Made by a program: the position numbers and the translations under genes. The notes beneath the pieces are model-generated. The model was given only the letters and a program-made list of their open reading frames with translations, was not told the DNA's origin and searched no databases. A stretch of DNA of 64,000 nucleotides. It comes from an uncultured Acidobacteriaceae bacterium (GTDB taxonomy: Bacteria > Acidobacteriota > Terriglobia > Terriglobales > Acidobacteriaceae). The stretch is from positions 128,688 to 192,687 of the forward strand of contig CAWAFZ010000020.1 of the NCBI GenBank assembly GCA_963781635.1, in the 5' to 3' direction. This document shows, piece after piece, positions 50,243-58,602 of this stretch. Numbering within the stretch: the stretch's first letter is position 1; each line of letters starts with the position of its first letter.

Positions 50243-50506
50243 TTGCTAACCTTTCCCCTGTCATTCACAAAACCTCTGGCCTAGCTAAGTTCTGCAAGCG
50301 GTAGCAATTGCAGGCTTAAGAGTCAGTGCTTGGCAAGGCCACGGTTCCGGTGAGCTTCGGGGCGCGTGATTAGAAGTCTCCATTCCCAAGATGGGAAGCG
50401 CAGCCCGGGCATCAGGCGTCCGATCAGGCTTTCTGCAACCTCAGAACCTTGCCTGGAGTTCCGGCCCTGATCTTAAGCAGCAGATTCACGCGGAGAAAGA
50501 AGGCAC

Positions 50507-51418
50507 TTGCAGAAGCGCTTTTACATCTTATTCGTAGCTCGCGGGGACGACGGGCAGCTACGAAAAATCTCTATTCCAGTCCATTATCTTTATGTATTTG
50601 TAGTCGGCGCGGCTATTGGATTTCTAAGCTTGACCGGCATCGCCAGCTCTTATGCCCGGATGCTCCTGAAGGTTTCCCGTTATAACGAGCTTCGGACGGA
50701 GAAAGAACAGCTCAAGGATCGTTATTCTCGCCTGGAGGAAGTCGCCAAAGAGCGGGACGTGCAGGTCGCATCGCTCGGTTCGATCGCCAGTGAGGTTTCC
50801 GCTCTTTACGGTCTGAAGTCGCAGCCTACCCTGGTCACCGCTTCGCAGCAGCAGATTCGCGACGCTGATGTCGCGTCTTCCCTGGATCAGCTCGGCGCTC
50901 TACGCACGTCTGCATTAACCGGCGCCGCATCGGTGGGAATTAGCCTCGGCATGACTCGCAACGCGACCACTGCCGACTGGTACCGCGCCAACTCCGCTCC
51001 CAATTTGTGGCCGGTTGAAGGCCAGGTCACGGGCAGTTTCGGCGAGCGCATCGACCCGTTCAACGGTGAAGGCGCATTTCACAGCGGTGTTGATATCAGT
51101 AGCAATTACGGCCGTGCCGTAATCGCGCCGGCTGATGGCGTAGTCACCTTCGCCGACTTTCTCGGCGGCTACGGCAAGGCCATCATGATGGATCACGGCC
51201 ATGGCATCTCCACTCGCTACGGTCATCTGTCCGGCTTCGCCGTAACGTCCGGACAACACGTCCACCGCGGCGATACCATCGGCTACGTCGGCCTCAGCGG
51301 ACGGTCTACTGGGCCGCATCTTCACTACGAAGTCCGTATCAACGATACCCCGGTGAATCCCTACAAATACCTCCGCATTACGGTCGCGCACAGCGGCGGC
51401 TTCCAGGCTGGCGGGTAG
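50507..51418 (+). CDS. M23-family peptidoglycan metalloendopeptidase with N-terminal TM and coiled coil
   Basis: FHSGVDIS and GPHLHYEVRINDTPVNP (HxxxD / HxH motifs). TTG start with a GGAGAAAGAAGG RBS region. Confidence 0.85.
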   Translation: MQKRFYILFVARGDDGQLRKISIPVHYLYVFVVGAAIGFLSLTGIASSYARMLLKVSRYNELRTEKEQLKDRYSRLEEVAKERDVQVASLGSIASEVSALYGLKSQPTLVTASQQQIRDADVASSLDQLGALRTSALTGAASVGISLGMTRNATTADWYRANSAPNLWPVEGQVTGSFGERIDPFNGEGAFHSGVDISSNYGRAVIAPADGVVTFADFLGGYGKAIMMDHGHGISTRYGHLSGFAVTSGQHVHRGDTIGYVGLSGRSTGPHLHYEVRINDTPVNPYKYLRITVAHSGGFQAGG

Positions 51419-51636
51419 GAACAAGTAGCCAGTACCCATTTGCCAGACCTTGCGAACCGTGAATTTCGCGCCCGTCTTTCCGTAATTTGCGATTTCCTGG
51501 CGATCTTCGCGACAAGAAATCTTGCATCCACCCCGCCGCGACTCCCGGCAGCCCCTTGCACTCTTTCCCACCCTAAGCTACGTTCATGAAGAAAAGTTTT
51601 TGGTTCGACCTTCTCAGCCCAAGCAACAAGCTTTTG

Positions 51637-51667
51637 CTGAGAACTGAGAACTGAGAACTGAGAACTG
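51637..51667. repeat. Heptanucleotide tandem repeat (CTGAGAA) x4.4
   Basis: Read directly from the sequence. It ends 3 nt before the cysE ATG. TTCTCAGC at 51611-51618 is complementary to the first unit. Confidence 0.95.
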
Positions 51668-51670
51668 CTA

Positions 51671-52405
51671 ATGACGAGCTTCTTCCACTCCGTGCGTGAA
51701 GATATCGCGGCTGTCTTCGAGTCTGACCCAGCTGCTCGTTCCTACCTCGAAGTGCTCACGTGCTATCCCGGTCTGCACGCGGTGTGGGCGCATCACTTGA
51801 GCCACTGGCTCTGGCGTCACAGCATGAGATTCCCCGCAAGATTCATCTCTCAGGTAACGCGTCTGCTCACGGGAGTCGAGATTCACCCCGGCGCCGAAAT
51901 AGGCCGCCGCCTTTTCATCGACCACGGCATGGGCACGGTGATCGGCGAGACCGCCATCGTCGGCAACGACGTCACCCTCTATCAGGGAGTAACCCTGGGA
52001 GGCACTGGCAAGGAAAAAGGCAAGCGCCATCCCACCATCGGCAATAACATCTCGATCGGTTCGGGAGCGAAGATCCTGGGCAACATCACCATTGGAGACA
52101 ACTGCCGCGTAGGCGCGGGCTCGGTGGTGCTGCGCAGCGTGCCGGCCAATTCCACGATTGTGGGCGTTCCCGGACACATCGTGCTGCGCGACGGCAAGCG
52201 CGTCGTAATCACCGACCCCAAGGACATCCGCGACCCACTCTCCGACGTGATTATCAAGCTGGCGCAGGAGGTTCACGAGCTGCGTGCAAGGCTTCAGCAA
52301 CACACGCACGAATCCCTCGGAGCAGAACCTTTCCTTGGGATGGACGAAGAGGCGGGCCCGAATATCAGTCCGCAAGAATTGTTTCAGGACGACTACCAGA
52401 TTTGA
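51671..52405 (+). CDS. cysE: Serine O-acetyltransferase
   Basis: [59 protein letters not shown] hexapeptide-repeat pattern. Confidence 0.9.
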   Translation: MTSFFHSVREDIAAVFESDPAARSYLEVLTCYPGLHAVWAHHLSHWLWRHSMRFPARFISQVTRLLTGVEIHPGAEIGRRLFIDHGMGTVIGETAIVGNDVTLYQGVTLGGTGKEKGKRHPTIGNNISIGSGAKILGNITIGDNCRVGAGSVVLRSVPANSTIVGVPGHIVLRDGKRVVITDPKDIRDPLSDVIIKLAQEVHELRARLQQHTHESLGAEPFLGMDEEAGPNISPQELFQDDYQI

Positions 52406-52545
52406 ATAGACAATTGTGCTGGCGCAGCTCGCAGTCAAGGGGCCGCCACGGGGTCTTCCAGCAGCCAAAGCAGCTAGACTCTACCACGGTTATGCCTCTT
52501 CTGGCCGACGTTTCGGCCCGCTTCCTTATTCACTGCTAGGCTACC

Positions 52546-52953
52546 TCACTGCCGCAACCCCATCCAGCTCTCCGAAACCACCAGCGAGTTGCCGGGATTG
52601 TGCGGGTCATACTTCACCGACGTGGGGAGCCCCAGGCGGCAGGAATGCAGGTTGATCCACTGCCGCAGGTAGGTAACGTCTTGCGAGCACTCGTACGAGA
52701 CGCCCGCGACGTCATATTTATAAATGAGCAGCACGGCGGCGTGATGACCGTTACTAGGAGGCATCTCCTGCACATCGATGACGGTGCCGTCGGTGATGCG
52801 TCCGATGTTGTCGAGCCAGGTGCGGCGTTCACGCTCCAGTTCGGCTGGACCTTTGGGTTTGCGCCGCAAGAGCGCGTAAGTGCCGGCGGCCACCGCCCCG
52901 CCCACGATCACGAGCGAATAGAGACTAACGGAATCCATAAACTGAAATGGCAA
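52546..52953 (-). CDS. Hypothetical membrane-anchored protein (DUF3592-like)
   Basis: 135 aa with one N-terminal TM helix (LYSLVIVGGAVAAGTYALL) followed by a beta-rich domain. Confidence 0.5.
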   Translation of the reverse strand: MPFQFMDSVSLYSLVIVGGAVAAGTYALLRRKPKGPAELERERRTWLDNIGRITDGTVIDVQEMPPSNGHHAAVLLIYKYDVAGVSYECSQDVTYLRQWINLHSCRLGLPTSVKYDPHNPGNSLVVSESWMGLRQ

Positions 52954-53123
52954 AGAGTGCGAACTGTTATTGCAGCCGCTTAACGGTGGACTGCGTTTTC
53001 GTTATCAGAATATGACGGAAGACGCGTCAGCGGAAGTGCGTGTGACGGTTACTGAGGTGCCAACCTGTGGAAATCCTTACTCGGAAAGGGGCCTGTCCGA
53101 AGGTCGCTCGTCCGGGCCCTTGG

Positions 53124-53570
53124 TTATTGCTTACAAACAAACTCCCGAGCCAAGTCGCCGAAACCGCCCTCCGACACCTGGCCGAACTGATCATCGTGGC
53201 GAGCTTTCTTGCTGACCACCAGTTTGCCGCTGTGATCACGGGAGTAGAACCACTCCGAGGTCGTGACAACGCCAGGTACGGCGCTGCCACTCGCGCAGTT
53301 GAAGCGAACTCGCGCGCGCAACTCCACAAATGGTCCGCCTTGCGGCAGTTTCGTGGGCTCCTTAAACTCGACCCGAATCCAAGCAGTCCGTTGGCTGTTC
53401 TTCTGGGTGGTGACCGAACTGACCAAGACTCTATCGCCGCCGGCGGTAGCGCCTACTTGCCGCCATTCTCCCGCAGCCCGCGCCACTAGCCCAACCAAAA
53501 GAAACGGGGCCAGCACCACGGCCACCGCGACGAATAGACCCTTCTTCCGGGGAGATGGAGAGACTGCCAT
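53124..53570 (-). CDS. Hypothetical secreted/anchored protein (surface-adhesin-E-like by eye)
   Basis: The ATG at 53570 (MAVSPSPRKKGLFVAVAVVLAPFLLVGL) gives a signal/anchor. The upstream ORF extension has no support. Confidence 0.45.
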   Translation of the reverse strand: MAVSPSPRKKGLFVAVAVVLAPFLLVGLVARAAGEWRQVGATAGGDRVLVSSVTTQKNSQRTAWIRVEFKEPTKLPQGGPFVELRARVRFNCASGSAVPGVVTTSEWFYSRDHSGKLVVSKKARHDDQFGQVSEGGFGDLAREFVCKQ

Positions 53571-53737
53571 AAGCACGCCGCACACACTTTGGTCGAAAAA
53601 CGGATTTCTGTCAACTCGGGGAGGCTGGGGAAAACAGATTTGCTCTACCCTGTGACCCTCGGTGACCTCTGTGGCGAAGGTTTTGGCCGGACGCGACGAA
53701 GATTCATCTGATATGGTTGTCAGCGGCAGGAGATCTA

Positions 53738-54274
53738 ATGGAGACTCTCCGTTACGCGAACTTTTCGTCACCTGTCGGACCGCTATTTATTGCGGCTTCC
53801 GCGCGAGGACTAGTTGCGTTGGAGTTCGACGCAAGATTGCCAGGGCAGCAATCCATCCGCCCCAACCCCCGCGATCTTCGCGAAGAACGCAAAGGATTCG
53901 CGTTCGAAGAATGCGCGAACAATCTGCAGCCCTGTGTGCGCGAACTGCAAGAATATTTTGCCGGCCAGCGCCGCGAATTTACTTTTCCGCTGGATCTTCG
54001 GGGCACTGATTTCCAGTTGGCCTGCTGGCGCGCTCTGCTGGCAATCCCTTATGGCGAGACGCGCAGCTACGCCGATATTGCACTGGCGGTGGGCAAGCCC
54101 AACGCATTTCGCGCCGTGGGCATGGCCAACAATCGCAACCCTATCGCGATCGTAGTCCCCTGCCATCGCGTGATTGCGTCCAACGGCTCACTGTGCGGCT
54201 ATGGCGGCGGCCTCGAAGTGAAGCGGAAGCTGCTCGAACTCGAAGGGGCACTGACAGGAACTCTGGCTGCGTAG
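53738..54274 (+). CDS. ogt: Methylated-DNA--protein-cysteine methyltransferase
   Basis: IPYGETRSYADIA..NPIAIVVPCHRVI active-site PCHR motif. AGGAG RBS upstream of the ATG at 53738. Confidence 0.9.
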   Translation: METLRYANFSSPVGPLFIAASARGLVALEFDARLPGQQSIRPNPRDLREERKGFAFEECANNLQPCVRELQEYFAGQRREFTFPLDLRGTDFQLACWRALLAIPYGETRSYADIALAVGKPNAFRAVGMANNRNPIAIVVPCHRVIASNGSLCGYGGGLEVKRKLLELEGALTGTLAA

Positions 54275-54335
54275 TATCGTGAGGCCACATTCGAGTCAGT
54301 GTAAGGATTCGTGTAGAGATTCGTGATTCGTATAA

Positions 54336-54350
54336 GGGCACGTTCAGTGC
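54336..54350 (+). promoter_or_regulatory. Sigma-54-like -24/-12 element (GGGCACG-N4-GTGC)
   Basis: GG and GC are spaced exactly as in TGGCACG-N4-TTGC. It lies about 36 nt upstream of the permease start and is preceded by three GATTCGT repeats (54306-54331). Confidence 0.3.
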
Positions 54351-54385
54351 CGCAGTTGGCGATGTTTGAATCGCGCCTTTAGGCG

Positions 54386-55729
54386 TTGTGTTTCGAACCC
54401 TGCAATCAGGCCAATTTGACCGCCTCCAGCGCCAATCCATCCACTCTCCGCAAAGCCGGCCTCTTCTATCTCGTCTTCGTGATGTTCTCCTACACCACCG
54501 GCGGACCTTTCGGTCTCGAAGACATGGTTACGACTTCCGGACCGGGCATGACTCTGATCTACCTGCTCGCGCTGCCATTCTTCTGGTGCATTCCGGTCTC
54601 GCTGGTGTCGGCCGAACTCACCACCGCGATGCCAGTCGAAGGCGGCTTCTACCGCTGGACGCGCGCCGCCTTCGGCGACTTCTGGGGATTCCTCGCAGGC
54701 TGGTGGAACTGGTCGGCATCATTTCTTCTAGGCGGAGCCTACGCCGTCCTCTTTACCGATTATCTGGTCTATTACTTTCCTGGAATCACCGGATGGAAGC
54801 ACTATCTCGTTTCTTTGGCGCTGATCGCGGTCATTACGTGGATCAACGTGCGTGGAATTCAGACGGTCGGCCAGGTCGCGACGGCGCTGGAGATTTTCAT
54901 CTTCGTGCCAGTGGCAACGATGATTGTGATGGCTCTGATGCACTGGAATCACAACCCGTTTGTTCCGTTGATCCCCCCGCATCAGCCGACTTTCAGGATT
55001 TTCGGCGTTGGATTGGCCCTGGGACTGTGGCTGTACTCAGGATATGAGCAACTCTCCACGGTCGCCGAAGAAGTCGAGAACCCGCAACGAGCCTACCCGC
55101 GAGCGCTGGCGCTCGTGGTACCGCTATCGATTGCAGCGTACTTTCTCCCCACGCTCGCTGGGTTGGCCTCGGCGGGCCATTGGGAGCAGTGGCATACCGG
55201 ATTTTTCTCCGACGCGGCAAAGATGATCGGCGGCCCGTGGCTGGGTACGTGGATGACACTGGCTGCGATGGTCGGGAACGTTGCTCTGCTCAACAGCACG
55301 GTGCTGACTACGACGCGCATGCCTTTTGCCATGGCGGAAGACGGATACCTTTCAGCGGCGCTTACCGACAAGCATTCGCGCTACGGTACGCCTTGGCTGG
55401 CCATAGTCGTATCGGCGGCGATCTACGCAATGCTGGCATGGCAGAGTCTGGCACAACTAATCTCGGTTTACATCTGGCTGCGATCGGCCACGACGGTGCT
55501 GACGGTATTGTCGGCATGGAAGCTTCGGCGCACTAGACCTGAGATGCCGCGCGCATTTCTGATTCCGGGCGGACGAATAGGATTGTTGTATGTCGTCGGT
55601 GCGCCCGTAGTAATGGCATGCGTGGCGCTACTCGGAAGCGACAGGTTCGCTTTGATCGGCGGGGCGATTGCAATAGTGCTGGGGCCGGTGGTTTACGGAT
55701 TCATTCGCGTCAGTTCCCGTTCGATATAA
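54386..55729 (+). CDS. APC-superfamily amino acid/polyamine permease
   Basis: 447 aa, about 12 TM helices and a GGPFG-type first-helix motif. Uses a non-ATG start, so its position is uncertain. Confidence 0.75.
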   Translation: MCFEPCNQANLTASSANPSTLRKAGLFYLVFVMFSYTTGGPFGLEDMVTTSGPGMTLIYLLALPFFWCIPVSLVSAELTTAMPVEGGFYRWTRAAFGDFWGFLAGWWNWSASFLLGGAYAVLFTDYLVYYFPGITGWKHYLVSLALIAVITWINVRGIQTVGQVATALEIFIFVPVATMIVMALMHWNHNPFVPLIPPHQPTFRIFGVGLALGLWLYSGYEQLSTVAEEVENPQRAYPRALALVVPLSIAAYFLPTLAGLASAGHWEQWHTGFFSDAAKMIGGPWLGTWMTLAAMVGNVALLNSTVLTTTRMPFAMAEDGYLSAALTDKHSRYGTPWLAIVVSAAIYAMLAWQSLAQLISVYIWLRSATTVLTVLSAWKLRRTRPEMPRAFLIPGGRIGLLYVVGAPVVMACVALLGSDRFALIGGAIAIVLGPVVYGFIRVSSRSI

Positions 55730-55911
55730 TTATGGTGTGCACGTTCTCGTTTATCTGGCGAGGGCTACGCGGGCGTCGCTGGGTCGGCTGCGGAGGCGGC
55801 GCGCTCTTAAACGTCTGCGACAGTTAAGCCGTCCTTTTCCTCCTGGTTACAAATTCGATCGGGAAGAAATTTATGATCGGTTCGCCAAGTCGCATCCGGA
55901 CTGGTGAAATT

Positions 55912-57207
55912 TCATCTGACCCAATCCAGAAACTTGTACCACACCCCCGCGAATGGCAAGAACCACGGCTTTCCGTTGTACATTCCCAAGGGCGCACCAG
56001 GAAACGGAATGCCAACGAAGGGATTCTCCGGCTTATCGCCCGCAATCAACTCCGCCATTTTTTGGCCTTGATACGTGGCCATGGCGACGCCATGCCCCGC
56101 ATAGCCTACCGCGTAGTACATGCCGTCGAGCTGGCCAGCGTGGGGCATGATATCGAAGGCGAAGTCGAGCGTTCCGCCCCAGACGTATTCGACTTTAGCG
56201 TCGCGCAGTTGAGGATAGACATCGATCATGCCGCGGCGCAGGATTTCTGCGCTGCGGCGGATCGTCTGATCGTTTTCGGGGAAGAATGCGGCGCGGCCAC
56301 CGAATAGCATGCGGCGGTCGGGCGTGAGCCGGTAGTAGTAGAGATAATTTTTCGAGTCGTAAATCATGCGGTTACGCGGGCTGAGTTCGTGGGCCAGCGT
56401 TTCCGGCAGAACTTCGGTTGTGATAATGAATGACCCGATCGGAATGAGTTTCTTCTGCAGCGCGGGAGTAGCTCTGCCGGTATAGCCGCTGGTGGCGACA
56501 AAGACTTCGCGCGCCCACAGCTGGCCCCGTGAGCTTGTAATCCTCCAGCCCGATTCGCCCTGTCGGGATTCGCGTCTGCACTCCTTCGACACGCGTGTGT
56601 TCGAAGATTTCCGCGCCGGCTTGCACGCGGCGTAGCCCAGTCCAGCAACATAGCGCGCGGGATTCAGTCCCGCGCTGACTTCATCGACCATGCCGCCGTA
56701 GTAAATGTTAGATCCGATTTCAGCCCTCAGCTCATTTCTCTGCACAACGCGGAGCTGATGATTGAATTCGCGCGCGATCACCTCCGCCTGCCGCGCGTAA
56801 TCGTCGAAATGCTTCTGCTTGCAGGCTACTTCGAGATGGCCGCAACGGGAGAAGTCACAGTCGATAGCTTCTTCGCGGACGATCCGCTCGACGCAATCGA
56901 CGGTCGCAAGCGAGGCGGCATACATGCGCCGGGTAAGTTCGCGTCCGTACATGGAGATGAGCTGGTTCACGCCGAGCTTCATCCCTGTCAGCACCATGCC
57001 GCCATTGCGTGAGCTGGCTCCCCAGCCGACGGTTTCGCTTTCGAGCACGGCGACTTTGGCGCCGCGCTTGGCCAGAGTGCGGGCGGCGGAAAGCCCGGTG
57101 AAACCGGCGCCGATAACGGCGACATCCACGCGCGTCGGGTAGCGGACGGTGCTGCTATCTTGGGGAATTCGCGTTGTCGTGAGCCAGTAGTTCTGTTCTT
57201 GCATCAT
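55912..57207 (-). CDS. FAD-dependent oxidoreductase (DAO family, PuuB/OrdL-like)
   Basis: VDVAVIGAGFTGLSAARTLAKRGAKVAVLE dinucleotide fold. The ATG at 57207 (MMQEQNYWL) is preferred. Confidence 0.8.
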   Translation of the reverse strand: MMQEQNYWLTTTRIPQDSSTVRYPTRVDVAVIGAGFTGLSAARTLAKRGAKVAVLESETVGWGASSRNGGMVLTGMKLGVNQLISMYGRELTRRMYAASLATVDCVERIVREEAIDCDFSRCGHLEVACKQKHFDDYARQAEVIAREFNHQLRVVQRNELRAEIGSNIYYGGMVDEVSAGLNPARYVAGLGYAACKPARKSSNTRVSKECRRESRQGESGWRITSSRGQLWAREVFVATSGYTGRATPALQKKLIPIGSFIITTEVLPETLAHELSPRNRMIYDSKNYLYYYRLTPDRRMLFGGRAAFFPENDQTIRRSAEILRRGMIDVYPQLRDAKVEYVWGGTLDFAFDIMPHAGQLDGMYYAVGYAGHGVAMATYQGQKMAELIAGDKPENPFVGIPFPGAPLGMYNGKPWFLPFAGVWYKFLDWVR

Positions 57208-57259
57208 TGTGCCAACGCATACGCTAAAAATCGCCGGTAGAGACACAGCAAGTATTGCT

Positions 57260-58418
57260 CTACAGCACCGCCGTTTCGTGGATCAGCCGGCCTTCGGCGA
57301 AGCGCGCCAGAGCTCAGCAACGAAGCATCGATCAAGTCTGTTTTCCCGGTGAGAATCAGATCGCTGAGAATCTTTCCTGTGGCCGGGGCGTGCATCACGC
57401 CGTGTCCGCTGAAACCGTTGGCGAGGAAAAATCCCGGCACGTCCGGAGCCTCGCCCAGAATTGGATGATGGTCCGGCGTCATCTCATACAGGCCGGCCCA
57501 TGCCCGCTTGGGATTCACGGGCAGATTAGCGAAGCAGGGCACGCGGTCGGCGGCGCGGGTCAGGATTTTCTCGACAAAGGCCGGGTCGAAATCCGTTTTG
57601 AAGCCGGGCGTTTCTTCGGGATCGTTCCAGGCCAGCGAGAAATCCGCGGGCCTCGGGGCGAAAGTGAAATCCGTTCGACATGTCAACGATCATGGGCGCG
57701 GTGTGAGGGAATTCGTCAAAGGGCTCGCTCGGAACCAGCATGCGGCGCAGCGGTTCGACGGGCAAATCCACGCCCGCAAACTTGGCCACGCCCGCCGCCC
57801 AGGCGCCAGCACAGTTCACTACTTTGCGCGTGGCGACCGAGCCTCGCGTGGTCTCGACGGAAGCAATCCCGGTTGCGTCGCGCGTGAAACCGGTAACGAC
57901 GGTGTTCTTCCAAAAAGTAGCGCCGTGATCGGCAGCCCAGGTCATGAATCCATTCATGGCGCTATAGGGATCGACGAAGCCATCGGTGGAGCAGAAACTT
58001 CCGCCGACAATGTCGTCGCCGCGCAACTGCGGAAACATGCTGCGGATCTCATCGCCGCTATTAGGCGAACGTTCTTCAATCCCATCTTCACTTGCTGCGC
58101 GTAGTTGGTGCGCAGATAGGCCATCTGTTTGTCGTTGGTGGCGCAGAACAGATAGCCTTGCGGCCGGTAATCGCACGGGTAGCCCAGACGCTCCTCGAAG
58201 CTGGCATAGAAAGGGATCGAGTAGAGCGACATCTGGATGCTGACCGGAGTGGAAAATTGTGCCCGCACTCCGCCCATGCTCTTCCCCGTGGATCCCTTGC
58301 CCTGCGCCGATTCGCGCTCGATGACCAGAACGTTGCGGCATCCGTTCGCCGTGAGGTGATAGGCGATGCTGGAGCCGACGATTCCTCCTCCGACGATGAC
58401 GACATCCGCAGTCTGCAT
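57260..58418 (-). pseudogene. FAD-dependent oxidoreductase (DAO family, sarcosine-oxidase-beta-like) with at least three frameshifts
   Basis: MQTADVVIVGGGIVGSSIAYHL starts at 58418. Homology continues across three other reading frames, with switches near 58055-58070, 57630-57646 and 57296-57311. It ends ..RFAEGRLIHETAVL* at 57260. Confidence 0.75.
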
Positions 58419-58602
58419 AAGCTGTTCGAAAGACGACCCAGCATTCTAGCGCACCCGTGCTGAGATCCTTGCAGAGGGTACGCATCGAAAAGAGCTCGTG
58501 CTTCCGGAGGGACATGTACTGCCGGGGCGCTCGGTCCCTAAGACTCCGCACTCCACCTCGGTAACTTGCCGCGGTTACTGTCGCCACCTAGTCTGGAGTA
58601 GT

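Noticed and set aside
50214-50506. Firm assignment of the M23 leader to the c-di-AMP (ydaO) riboswitch class
   Set aside because: Only short, partial string matches were seen. The pseudo-symmetric two-site architecture could not be reconstructed by eye. It is kept as a hypothesis in the findings, not as a feature.
51595-51625. Possible tRNA T-arm (GGTTCGACC)
   Set aside because: The flanking bases cannot form the T stem, and no acceptor or anticodon arms are present.
53571-53771. N-terminal extension of the 215-aa minus-strand ORF
   Set aside because: It overlaps the ogt gene on the opposite strand. The internal ATG at 53570 gives a normal signal/anchor sequence.
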